Positions 55,508-64,000 of a stretch of DNA of 64,000 nucleotides are shown here, one piece after another. The DNA is from Candidatus Bathyarchaeota archaeon (GTDB lineage: Archaea; Thermoproteota; Bathyarchaeia; TCS64). Below the pieces are notes generated by a model. The model had not been told where the DNA came from. It did not search any database and was given only the letters and a program-made list of their open reading frames with translations. Position numbers and translations under genes: made by a program. The stretch spans positions 448,001 through 512,000 of the forward strand of contig CAVYLP010000006.1 in the NCBI GenBank assembly GCA_963769425.1, read 5' to 3'. How positions within the stretch are numbered: position 1 is the first letter of the stretch; the number at the start of each line of letters is the position of its first letter.

Positions 55508-56065
55508 ATGGATTCATGGGCGCCCTCTTTCACTGATTACCTCCGGAAGGCAGAGGTGAGACTCAGCGGCGCCCTGGGTGGGGCCTGCAGGGTCGCAGTC
55601 TACCACGAGATGAACAGGGACATCCTCAAGATTATAAGCCAGATAGAGGACGAGCGCTTCAGGAGCGAGCTAAGGTACAGCGAGAGGGAGCTGACGATCC
55701 GCTCGAAGAAGCGGGGCTTCACCTGCTTCATAGTCTACCTCGGTGAGAGGCCGGTGGCCTTCGTCTTCGGCTTCGACGATCCCGAGGAGGAGGCCTACTT
55801 CTCCGACAGCGCCGCCACCCTCATCGAGAGGAAGGGTGTCGGCTCGATCCTGACTGCTCTCGAGGCGCTGTACTGCCTCGAGAAGGGTTACCGCTCTGAG
55901 AAGATGATCACCGAGGACCTCGACGAGTCGGGTCGGAGGCTCGTGGAGTACTGGGCGAGGTTCGGCTTCCGCGTAACAGGGAGGAATCCGAAGATTGGCG
56001 TTGAGATGAGGCTGGAGCTGACGCCGGAGACTGTAGGTCTCCTCAGCGGCAAGTACCTCCCGTGA
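55508..56065 (+). CDS. GNAT-like acetyltransferase
   Basis: ERKGVGSIL motif A and YWARFGF motif B. Confidence 0.65.
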   Translation: MDSWAPSFTDYLRKAEVRLSGALGGACRVAVYHEMNRDILKIISQIEDERFRSELRYSERELTIRSKKRGFTCFIVYLGERPVAFVFGFDDPEEEAYFSDSAATLIERKGVGSILTALEALYCLEKGYRSEKMITEDLDESGRRLVEYWARFGFRVTGRNPKIGVEMRLELTPETVGLLSGKYLP

Positions 56066-56068
56066 GGC

Positions 56069-56848
56069 TCACTGGGCAACGTACCCGCCATCGATTAGGA
56101 TGTCTGTCCCCGTTATGTAGCTAGCCTCCTCCGAGCAGAGGTAGACGGCTAGCTTGGCAACGTCTTTTACGTCGCCCCAGCGGCCGAGGGGGATGCGTGA
56201 GATGAGGTTTTCGTTTGCCTCCGGGTTGCTCCATATCGGCTTTGTCAGTTCTGTCTCGAACCAGCCGGGGCTTATTCCGTTGACGGTGATCCCCTCGGGG
56301 GCGAGTTCGATGGCGAGTGCTTTAGTGAATCCGAGTAGACCCGCCTTGCTTGCGGCGTAGGCGGTTCGGTTCGCGGTGGCCACGTGGCTCATCGTCGAGG
56401 TGGTGTTTATGATCCGGCCGTAGCCCCTCCCCTTCATGTGGGGGACGAAGGCATGGCACATGAGGAACGGGCCGATGAGGTTTGTGTCGATGACGCTCCT
56501 CCACTCGCCTGTCGTGAACTCGGTTATGGGCTTTCGGATGTTGATTCCAGCGTTGTTGACGAGGATGTTCACCTCACCGAAGTGCCTAATCGCTGCTTCC
56601 CTGAGGTGCTCAACGTCCTGCTCCCTCGACACGTCAGCTTGAAAGGTCTCAGATACTACTCCGAGGGTTCCAGCCTCCTTCGAGACCTCTCTCAGGCTCT
56701 CCTCGTCCCTTGAAACGAGTGCTAGGCTCGCCCCCGCCTCGCCGAGGGCGATGGCCATAGACTTTCCCAATCCTCTGCTCGCGCCCGTGACTAGGGCGAT
56801 TTTACCGGCAAGTCTCTTGTGATCGTCGGGGGACATGCTACCACTCAA
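56069..56848 (-). CDS. Short-chain dehydrogenase/reductase (gluconate 5-dehydrogenase/FabG-like)
   Basis: TGASRGLG, NNAG, YAASK, PG.F.T, IPLGRWG, DGG. Confidence 0.9.
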   Translation of the reverse strand: MSGSMSPDDHKRLAGKIALVTGASRGLGKSMAIALGEAGASLALVSRDEESLREVSKEAGTLGVVSETFQADVSREQDVEHLREAAIRHFGEVNILVNNAGINIRKPITEFTTGEWRSVIDTNLIGPFLMCHAFVPHMKGRGYGRIINTTSTMSHVATANRTAYAASKAGLLGFTKALAIELAPEGITVNGISPGWFETELTKPIWSNPEANENLISRIPLGRWGDVKDVAKLAVYLCSEEASYITGTDILIDGGYVAQ

Positions 56849-56889
56849 TTCTGTGCGTGGTTGACCGTTTATAATTGGCGGTCTTCGGG

Positions 56890-57147
56890 TTACGGTGCTC
56901 CGCTCCTACGGGAGGCGATGCGATCCTGGACCGTCTTTAGCCGTTCCTCGGAGAGGTAGTACTTGTCGCCGACCTTTACGAATAAGCCGAGCTGGCCGAG
57001 ACGCCTGTCCATTGCCTCGTCAAATCGAGGTGGGAGCCCCAGTTCCTGCGAGGTCATCGCCTTCTCTGGTGTGGTGGCACCCTTCTCCCGGAACCTTTCG
57101 ACGATCTGCTGGATGCGTCCCCGCTGGTTGGGTTGTCGTCTGAACAT
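56890..57147 (-). CDS. Hypothetical small basic protein
   Basis: 85-aa ORF; FREKGATTPEKAMT..ELGL...KYYL possible winged-helix pattern. Confidence 0.6.
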   Translation of the reverse strand: MFRRQPNQRGRIQQIVERFREKGATTPEKAMTSQELGLPPRFDEAMDRRLGQLGLFVKVGDKYYLSEERLKTVQDRIASRRSGAP

Positions 57148-57256
57148 GGTTTGATTGGATTGATCGGCATGATTTACAGGTGATGCAGATGATGGTCTTC
57201 GTGGTTGCGGCGGAGGCCTAGATTCTCACGTTTAAATGTCGGTCAACGAGTAAGAT

Positions 57257-58072
57257 ATGCTTGAAAGCGTTTTCTCAGCTAGGTGTTGTGCTTTGGATTC
57301 CCCCAATGTTGTGGCCCTCGTGGAGGCTTCGGAGTTGGACTCGGAGCGCCTCGCGGAGATGGCGAAGAGGGCGTTCGATTCCGACGTGGAGGTCGGTGCG
57401 CCGGGCCCCGGTGGGCCGCAGGGCTACGACTCCCCCGTGTTCTACACCCGGTCCCTCAAGTTCCTCAGCTGCTACGTGATCCTGCTGGGGGAGGAGACGG
57501 TGGGCGGCGTCTTGGTGAACGTGGGTGGGGCCCACGGCGTCTTGGAGAGGATATTTGTTGATCCGAACCACCACAGAGAGGGGATAGGCTCGAAGGCGAT
57601 GGAGCTCGTCATGGGTAGGTACCCAGACGTCTCCCTCTGGACCCTCGGCGCCCCAGAGTGGAACACACGCACGACAGCGTTCTTCGAGAAGCTCGGCTTC
57701 AGCCAGGTCGGCTGGGACCAGACAGAGCCCGGCGCAAAGAATAGGTGGTACGAGAAGTTGACTGGCGACGCCGAGGCCATCATGCCCATAGGCTCCCTAA
57801 GGGACGGTCTGAGCAACGTCACTGTGGAAGGAAAGGTGGCGGAGAAGTCGTACCCACGCATGGTGAGGTCGAAGAAGACCGGGGGGACACTCACTGTTGC
57901 CAACGCGGCGCTCGAGGACGCCACCGGCAGGATAGTGATGGTTCTCTGGGAGAAGCAGTTCGAGGTCGTGAAGGTCGGGGCGCGGCTCAGGGTGGAGAAC
58001 GGGTACACGAACTCCTATAGCGGCGTGACGCAGCTAAACGTCGGGTACGGGCGGCTCATAACACTCATCTAA
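57257..58072 (+). CDS. GNAT acetyltransferase fused to an SSB/RPA-type OB fold; start may lie further downstream
   Basis: IFVDPNHHREGIGS and FFEKLGF; C-terminal IGSLRDGLSNVTVEGKV...LEDATGRI..VLW...VENGY...QLNVG. Confidence 0.8.
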   Translation: MLESVFSARCCALDSPNVVALVEASELDSERLAEMAKRAFDSDVEVGAPGPGGPQGYDSPVFYTRSLKFLSCYVILLGEETVGGVLVNVGGAHGVLERIFVDPNHHREGIGSKAMELVMGRYPDVSLWTLGAPEWNTRTTAFFEKLGFSQVGWDQTEPGAKNRWYEKLTGDAEAIMPIGSLRDGLSNVTVEGKVAEKSYPRMVRSKKTGGTLTVANAALEDATGRIVMVLWEKQFEVVKVGARLRVENGYTNSYSGVTQLNVGYGRLITLI

Positions 58073-58186
58073 TTAATAGTGAATCAAAGAAGAATGCTTC
58101 GTGGTTTACGAAAATTTTCAGTTGCCTCGACCATAAGACTGTTGAGAAAGGGAGATTTTAGTTGGTAATTTTTAAGAATCGTGGGG

Positions 58187-58354
58187 TGCTCAGGCGAGGT
58201 CACCGCGCTGACAACACTTTGGCGTTATCAGCTGGGAAGTGTAGGTTTCCCGGCCAGCCAAAGCCAGCCAAGTTCCTTCGCAGCCCGCTCCTCACGGTTC
58301 CGCGGCTTTCAGGTCCTCCACTGCTTCGACCTTTCGTCCGCTCCCACCTGAGCA
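58187..58354 (-). ncRNA. Candidate structured non-coding RNA of unknown class (~168 nt)
   Basis: 12-bp closing stem UGCUCAGGUGGG/CUCGCCUGAGCA enclosing several G-U-containing hairpins; GC-rich island in AT-rich flanks; TATA box upstream. Confidence 0.6.
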
Positions 58355-58373
58355 AAGCAATCAAAGTCGCCGG

Positions 58374-58381
58374 AGTATAAG
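58374..58381 (-). promoter_or_regulatory. TATA box of the candidate ncRNA
   Basis: CTTATACT about 20 nt before the closing stem, same geometry as the rnpB promoter. Confidence 0.5.
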
Positions 58382-58568
58382 CGCGTTCCATTGTATTCAG
58401 CTATCAATTAGCGGTTTCTAGACCGCTGATTATGCCATTTAATGCGCCGTATAAGCTAAGTATTATCATGAGCCGAATGTCACTAATTAATTGCGTCTGA
58501 TGGTGTTGTTTAAGGTTCAGTACTATCCGGGTGAGCTTTTTCCTACCTTCTGAGATGCTCGCGTGAGT

Positions 58569-59423
58569 TTAGGTGAGAGGGCATCCACCTGTCGTTGTCC
58601 TTACCCTGTAGATGCTTGTCTGTGCGGTTATGTACAGGGTCTTGAGGTCAGCGTCGCCCCACGCGACGTTCGAGGAGACCTCGGGGGTTTCGACAACGCC
58701 GAGTGGTTCGCCGGATGGGTCTATGACCCATACGCCGCCGGAGCCGGTGCAGTAGATGTTGCCGTGGACGTCGACCTTCATGCCGTCTGGGTTCCCCGGC
58801 TTGGGTCCTTTGAGCTCTGTAAATACCCCGCCATTGCGTATTGACCCGTCTCTCTGCACGTCGAAGACCCGGATGTGGCGCCTAGCAGTGTCGTCGACGT
58901 ACAGCTTGGACTCGTCCGGGCTGAAGGCGAGGCCGTTCGGGCGATCGAAGGAGTCGTCCAGGAGGGTCAGCTTCCTGCGAACCCCGAGCCTGTATACACC
59001 CTGATAGGGCAACTCCTTCCCCTCCAGCCTATCGTTGAGGCCGTACGGCGGGTCCGTGAAGTAGATGGCGCCGCTCCTAGCCACGACGACGTCGTTTGGG
59101 CTGTTTAGTCTCCTGCCTTCGTAGCTCTCGGCAAGTACCTTCACGGTGCCGTCCCGTTCAGTGCGGGTGAGTCGCCTGTCGTGCTCGCAGGCTATTAGGC
59201 GACCGCTTCTGTCGAGGGTGAGTCCGTTACTTCGGCCGCTGGGCCTCCGGTAGACCTCGGCGTGATCGGTGCCGGGGGTCCAGCTGTATATCGTGCTCGC
59301 GGGGATGTCCGAGAAGAGTAGTCTCCCGTCCACCCAGAGGGGGCCCTCCGTGAATTGGAATCCGCTGAGAACCTTCTCGATCTTTGAGTCGGGGATGATT
59401 TTTCCTAGCTTTGATCCCGGCAT
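58569..59423 (-). CDS. SMP-30/gluconolactonase family protein
   Basis: FTEGP.W, SNGL, LNSPND, FTDPPYG, PNGLAFSPD, PDGMKVD. Confidence 0.92.
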   Translation of the reverse strand: MPGSKLGKIIPDSKIEKVLSGFQFTEGPLWVDGRLLFSDIPASTIYSWTPGTDHAEVYRRPSGRSNGLTLDRSGRLIACEHDRRLTRTERDGTVKVLAESYEGRRLNSPNDVVVARSGAIYFTDPPYGLNDRLEGKELPYQGVYRLGVRRKLTLLDDSFDRPNGLAFSPDESKLYVDDTARRHIRVFDVQRDGSIRNGGVFTELKGPKPGNPDGMKVDVHGNIYCTGSGGVWVIDPSGEPLGVVETPEVSSNVAWGDADLKTLYITAQTSIYRVRTTTGGCPLT

Positions 59424-59472
59424 GGCTATCGGGGTCTATGGGTGGCGTCAGGATTTAATGGGTGCGACTAAG

Positions 59473-60141
59473 TTACTCAACGATCTCCTGCAGGACCCGG
59501 GCAACTAAGGCGTTCGAAAGGATGACTGGTTTCCCCGTCGCCTCCCTGACTATCTGCTTCATCTCGTGGGTGAACCCCATACAGTCGAGGAACACCAGAT
59601 CCACGTTCTCTTTAGAGATCCTTGCCGCCATCTCCCTGAGCTCGGTCTCCGATCCGTACGGGGAGGCCGTGTCGTAGTAGACGTCGACGTCCTTACCGAA
59701 GGCGTCCGTCTTCGTCTTGGGTATCTGCTCCTTTGCGGGTACGACGACGGCCAGCTTGCCGCTCCTTAGGGACGCGGTGACCGTCCCCCTCACGATCTCC
59801 GAGGGCTGGACGACGAGGTGCTTGGACTTGAACTCTGGGAACTTGCCAGTGCACAGGAGGAGGGTGACGTCTATCTTTTTCCGCTCTAGATAGTCGATGC
59901 CCTTCTGGAGGTTGGAGATGACGAGGTCGTGCGAGACCTTGATCTCCTCTCCGTCCCTGAGTTTTGTGACGAGTATCCTCTCCCCAGGGGCTACTTTCCT
60001 CCTCCTCAACTCCTCGACAGAGTAGTCGTCGAGCGCCCCCCTCTCGATTATCTCGTAGTCCCTGCCGAGGACGCGCAGGAACTCGCCGATGACGTCCGGC
60101 CGGGGGGACTGCCCGATCGTCAGTATCCCTATTTTCTTCAT
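59473..60141 (-). CDS. AroM family protein
   Basis: MKKIGILTIGQSPRPD, LVTKLRDG, LLCTGKF, ASPY, LDCMGF. Confidence 0.85.
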   Translation of the reverse strand: MKKIGILTIGQSPRPDVIGEFLRVLGRDYEIIERGALDDYSVEELRRRKVAPGERILVTKLRDGEEIKVSHDLVISNLQKGIDYLERKKIDVTLLLCTGKFPEFKSKHLVVQPSEIVRGTVTASLRSGKLAVVVPAKEQIPKTKTDAFGKDVDVYYDTASPYGSETELREMAARISKENVDLVFLDCMGFTHEMKQIVREATGKPVILSNALVARVLQEIVE

Positions 60142-60288
60142 GTTACATGGAACGCTCGACCCGTGGTTTATATCATTATTCATCGTGCCACAGGAAAGTG
60201 ATTCTTACTAGTGATGATTCATGAGAGTATAATAAACTGCTAAAATCAATGTTCTGAATCGTTATATACATTATCGATGCTGGCATAA

Positions 60289-61545
60289 GTGGTAATACTG
60301 ATGAAGTATCTGACATTAGAGGATGTCTTAGATTATCAGATTGGTTGTACGGCCCTCTCGACGGGGGGCGGAGGCGTCGCGCCCTCCCTTGAGGAGGTAG
60401 AGGCGATGGTCCAGAAGGTCCTGGACGAGGGGCACAAGCTGAAGTTCATCGATCTGAAGGAGGTGCCCGACGAGGAAATCGTGTTCTCTGCCTGCGGGAC
60501 AGGCGGCGGCATCCAGACCCCGATGAAGATGAAGTGGGTGGCCAACCCTAGGAGCAAGCTCACTCGGGAGCCTAGGTATAAGATCGATTGGAGCGCGAGA
60601 CTGAGGGACCAGATAATGCAGGCGGACAGAGAGTGGTGCCCGCTTAACACTTGGTCCCAGATACCCGATGCCAACTTCCAGGATAACACCGAGAAGAGGC
60701 TCTCGCAGCTCGTCGGCCGTGAGTCATACACGAACGTGCAGTTCGAGGTCGCGCCCGGGTTCGTGAGCCAGCTCCTTGCCATGGCTAGGAAGGACAAGCC
60801 CTTTGTCGACGCCACCGTCGTCGGCCACAGGGCGGCCCCCGAGATAAGCCAAAATGGGCTCAACCTCGAGAACGTCAATTGCACCCCGGCGGTCTGGACC
60901 ACGATTATGGGGGACTTGCTCGTCTGCGAGAGGGTGCTCTGCTTCCAGAGGATGGAGGAGCTCGTCGAGGGCATCTCAATATACTCCGGCGGCTCCATCA
61001 GGGGCCTGCACGCGGTGAGGGGTAGCGACATGAAGAGGTCCGCCTTCCCCGGCTCCGAGTCCCTCGCCATGAAGGTCGGCAAGGGCATCAGGGGTGCCCT
61101 GAAGAAGGGCGCGCCCCCAGCCGACGCGGCGCTCAAGGCCCTCGGCCCGATAGGCTTCAAGCTCTTCGAGGGGGAGATATTCGACTTCTGGCAGGACGAG
61201 GAGTACTCATTCATGACGGGGACGACGAAGATAAAGGGCACCGACGCCTACGCGGGGCACGACCTGCGCATCTGGTTCAAGAACGAGAACCACCTCTCTT
61301 GGCTCGACGGCGAACCATACGTCACGAGCCCAGACGGTATAAACGTCGTCGACTCCGAGACGGGATGGGGCCTCGCCAACTTCTGGTCCGCCGAGTGGGA
61401 GCCGGGGAGGAAGGTCACCGTACTCGGCGTCGAAGCCGAGAAGAGGTGGGAGACGCCCATGGGCCTCAAGCTCTTCGGCCCCCGCCACTTCAGGACGGAC
61501 ATCCAGCACGTCCCCATGAGGAAGGCGTACAGGGAGTTCAGCTAG
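60289..61545 (+). CDS. DUF917 family protein
   Basis: G...LSTGGGG, DA..GHRAAPE, LF.G.I, WFKNEN, PD.I..VD, FGPRHF. Confidence 0.75.
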   Translation: MVILMKYLTLEDVLDYQIGCTALSTGGGGVAPSLEEVEAMVQKVLDEGHKLKFIDLKEVPDEEIVFSACGTGGGIQTPMKMKWVANPRSKLTREPRYKIDWSARLRDQIMQADREWCPLNTWSQIPDANFQDNTEKRLSQLVGRESYTNVQFEVAPGFVSQLLAMARKDKPFVDATVVGHRAAPEISQNGLNLENVNCTPAVWTTIMGDLLVCERVLCFQRMEELVEGISIYSGGSIRGLHAVRGSDMKRSAFPGSESLAMKVGKGIRGALKKGAPPADAALKALGPIGFKLFEGEIFDFWQDEEYSFMTGTTKIKGTDAYAGHDLRIWFKNENHLSWLDGEPYVTSPDGINVVDSETGWGLANFWSAEWEPGRKVTVLGVEAEKRWETPMGLKLFGPRHFRTDIQHVPMRKAYREFS

Positions 61546-61663
61546 CCTGTCACCCATCAAACTCCATCGTAGCAAGAAAAACTCGCAAAACGGCCTAAAC
61601 TGGAAAAATGACTAAAATAACCTGAATCGCGTTGTTGTTACTACTATCCCAACCATGCGTTAG

Positions 61664-61685
61664 GGTGGTCGGTGTGCCGTTCGTA
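61664..61685 (+). repeat. Distal att-like copy of the rnpB 3' end
   Basis: ggtggtcggtgtgccgTtcgta vs ggtggtcggtgtgccgGtcgta at 62773-62794. Confidence 0.75.
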
Positions 61686-62379
61686 GTATTTCGATTTGAA
61701 GATATACTTTCATTTTAAACATAGCGACAAACCGACAAAGACCTAATCATAGGAAAAATATTATCAGACCGAAATCGGGTGACCAAACAAAAGGTCTAGG
61801 AAAAGAATGGCAGAAAAACTACGAATACTATCTAAACATAAATAAACTCCTAAAAAAATAACGAGGCCAAAATATATTCCCATTATCAATTCAGAACCCG
61901 GAAAATGGTTGATTAGAAGAAGGAGATAGTTCTAGAGCCTTTAGAATATTATATATTCTTGAGAAAATATTGTTTATTCCTAAGAATATTAATCAATATT
62001 TCTACACTAAAAAAAATAATATTTTATACATTTATTGAGGTTCCAATGAATATATTGGGACGCAATAAAACCGCTGTGTATTATTCCCTTAAATATAAAA
62101 ACGGGTGTGCTACCCGAGCCCTCTGAGCATATATGGATCAGATATTAGCCAAACTCAGCTGTCATATTTAGCGGAAAAATTGACAAACCTTTTAGAGGGA
62201 TTCAGAAACATCAAGAAAAATGAACAGGGACTCCACTCCCGGTCACGAGGTATCATTCCAGAGTACAATGAGAAAAAACCCTTGTTTCGGGAAAAAAGAC
62301 TCGTTTGTCAAAAAAGAGCCTTTTTATAAAATGCCACAAGAGGTTGTTTCTCTCCCAATTTTTAGGATCTTGTACTCGA

Positions 62380-62700
62380 GCTTGGAGCCAGCTTCTTGGG
62401 TGAATTTGCATGATTATAATTACCTTTTCTTCTCAGTGTAACTGTAGATCCTGCTATCCTCCCTGTAGCCTGGTATAGACCACTCTATCTTATGCACCTA
62501 AGCATAGTTCCCATAGGCTATCGCCAAATTCCTCTTGTAACCCTCATTCCTCTCAAGCCTAGCCAGAAACCCTCGATCTGACTCAGGATCAGAGAGATCG
62601 GCATTCTATAAGAGTGCCTTCAGGAGATTGGCGTTGTTTCTAATTGTGTCTTCTCTAAGCCCCTTCTTCCTCATCTCCACAGAACTTGGAAAATCTTCTG
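62380..62700 (-). pseudogene. Tyrosine recombinase/integrase N-terminal remnant
   Basis: QKIFQVLW|MRKKGLREDTIRNNANLLKALL*NADLSDPESDRGFLARLERNEGYKRNLAIAYGNYA*VHKIEWSIPGYREDSRI, then ..NSPKKLA; resembles the core-binding region of archaeal site-specific integrases; two in-frame stops and frameshifts. Confidence 0.7.
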
Positions 62701-62773
62701 ATCTAGAAGTGATCTAGATTCAGATTCCTAAGTGTAGTCGGTATTCCGGTAAACGGTCGGTATACCGTTGTAG

Positions 62774-63082
62774 GTGGTCGGTGTGCCGGTCGTAACCCAC
62801 CTTCTGTTCTAGGCGGCATTCAGCTATACGGGCTACCCGCGCCCCCTGCAGGAGGGACCCGGCGCCTATTCGCCCTTTCACCCCGCGGGTCGGCCGTCTC
62901 AACCCTGCCACCCGGCGTCCTCGCCCCTGACCGGGGCTCACAGCATTTGCCGGGGGAGGTACCGTTTCTGTCCGGAGCCGACGCTCTCGCGCCACGCCTC
63001 GCGGCGTCGCGGTCCTGCTCGGTGGATGGAGTTTCCTCAGACCCTTGCGGGCCCGGCGGCCGCTCACCGGCTCACCGACCAC
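62774..63082 (-). ncRNA. rnpB: RNase P RNA
   Basis: P1 GUGGUCGGUG/CACCGACCAC; GAGGAAACUCC (CR I); ACAGAAAC; UGAGAC; GCUGAAUGCCGCC; AACAGAAGGUGGGUUAC (CR V). Confidence 0.93.
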
Positions 63083-63102
63083 GTGACAAGGGAGAAACGG
63101 GC

Positions 63103-63110
63103 TCTATAAG
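63103..63110 (-). promoter_or_regulatory. rnpB TATA box
   Basis: CTTATAGA about 20 nt upstream of P1. Confidence 0.65.
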
Positions 63111-63126
63111 CCTACCTGAGGAGCTT

Positions 63127-63852
63127 TTACTGGTTGCAGCCGCAGGGGTCCCTCATCTGCTTGCCCCCCAGCATGATGTTCTGGCCGAAGCGGTCCCTCT
63201 TCGCCTCGAAGTATCGCTCGTTGAACTCCGTCACCTCCGCCTGGATGGGTATGATGTCCCTGATCTTCACTCCGTATCTCCTCAGTGCCTCCACCTTCGC
63301 CGGGTTATTCGTTATGAGGCGGATGTCACCGACGCCCACCTTCCTCAGCATCGCGGCGGAGACCTCGTAGTCCCGCTCGTCGGCGGGCAGCCCGAGGGCT
63401 ATGTTAGCATCGTATGTGTCGAGGCCCTTGTCCTGAAGCTGGTAGGCGCGGAGCTTGTTCGTGAGCCCTATCCCCCTCCCCTCCTGCTGCATGTAGATGA
63501 GGACGCCGAGCCCCTCCTCCTCGATCATCGTCATGCTCTTCCTGAGCTGTGGGCCGCAGTCGCAGCGGAGGCTGCCCAGCGAGTCCCCGGTGAGGCAGCT
63601 GCTGTGGACCCTCGTTAGGACACTCTCCTTGCCCGAGACGTCCCCCTTGACGACCATCGTGTGGTCTTTCCCATCCTTGTTGTTGGTGAAGCCGATTATG
63701 TGGAAGCGCCCGAAGAGGCTGGGTAATTCCGCCACGGCGACGAGTTGGACGCAGAGCGTCTTCGTGCAGCTGGCGCAATCCCACTTCAGTGGACACGTCT
63801 CGTGCTCCGCTGCGTCCACGTCGAGGACCCGGTGATAGCTGAGCTCCTCCAT
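63127..63852 (-). CDS. ribA: GTP cyclohydrolase II
   Basis: RVHSSCLTGD.LGSLRCDCG.QL, QEGRGIGL.NKLRAY.LQD.GLDT..AN, LITNNP.K. Confidence 0.93.
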   Translation of the reverse strand: MEELSYHRVLDVDAAEHETCPLKWDCASCTKTLCVQLVAVAELPSLFGRFHIIGFTNNKDGKDHTMVVKGDVSGKESVLTRVHSSCLTGDSLGSLRCDCGPQLRKSMTMIEEEGLGVLIYMQQEGRGIGLTNKLRAYQLQDKGLDTYDANIALGLPADERDYEVSAAMLRKVGVGDIRLITNNPAKVEALRRYGVKIRDIIPIQAEVTEFNERYFEAKRDRFGQNIMLGGKQMRDPCGCNQ

Positions 63853-63912
63853 GGGTGTGATCCGAGAACCGGCGGATATGAATGATTAGAGGGTGACAAG
63901 TTTTATGTGGGC

Positions 63913-64000
63913 ATGGAGCGCATATCCCCCGTCTTGGAGAAACAGAGACGCCTAGCCCTGATGATACTCGCGGCGGTGTGCCTGACCTACTTCGTCGAGA
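63913..64000 (+). CDS. N-terminus of a membrane protein, possibly an MFS transporter (truncated by window edge)
   Basis: MERISPVLEKQRRLALMILAAVCLTYFVE... Confidence 0.5.
   Translation, partial: MERISPVLEKQRRLALMILAAVCLTYFVE

Larger units (their letters stand above)
61664..62794. mobile_element. Decayed integrative element at the 3' end of the RNase P RNA gene
   Basis: 22-bp direct repeats (one mismatch) at 61664-61685 and 62773-62794 enclose AT-rich DNA and an integrase pseudogene. Confidence 0.7.

Noticed and set aside
55201-56065. GNAT toxin-antitoxin pair
   Set aside because: The upstream 84-aa protein shows no RHH/HTH pattern, and the GNAT has its own TATA-like box
58183-58240. TPP or fluoride riboswitch (GGGGTGC...GCTGA; GCTGATAACGCC)
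   Set aside because: The remaining conserved cores are missing and no suitably oriented downstream gene exists
60211-60257. Box C/D sRNA (GTGATGA...CTGA)
   Set aside because: No convincing C'/D' boxes or rRNA-complementary guide; lies in a divergent promoter
62720-63082. SRP RNA or a 120-aa ORF
   Set aside because: Has RNase P conserved regions and lacks the SRP helix-8 motif

Overview
GC-rich archaeal chromosomal segment, most likely Bathyarchaeia/TACK. This is inferred from a 16S-23S operon with no spacer tRNA and no linked 5S, archaeal information genes (fen, lig, srp54, rpl21e, rpo4, rpl10e, dph2, csl4, rpo11, tfs, pcn) and many TTG/GTG starts. It also carries peptide/amino-acid fermentation genes (iorAB, AOR plus ferredoxin, S9/M20/M50 peptidases, ActP, acyl-CoA ligase), a vapBC-type TA pair, a GT2/PMT glycosylation pair, bacterial-type ribA and the RNase P RNA gene. 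About eight single-base frameshifts look like assembly indels. The most notable unexplained signals are: (1) a decayed tyrosine-integrase element that appears to have used the 3' end of the RNase P RNA gene as its attachment site; (2) a ~168-nt multi-helix ncRNA candidate with its own TATA box at 58187-58354; (3) a tandem array of 21-bp TGTTCC-N9-GGWACA palindromes next to an AT-rich tract upstream of the rRNA operon; (4) a HerA/FtsK-like ATPase with variant Walker motifs; (5) a GNAT-SSB/OB fusion; (6) a TFS gene that seems to need an ACG start. All family calls come from manual motif recognition, not database searches.
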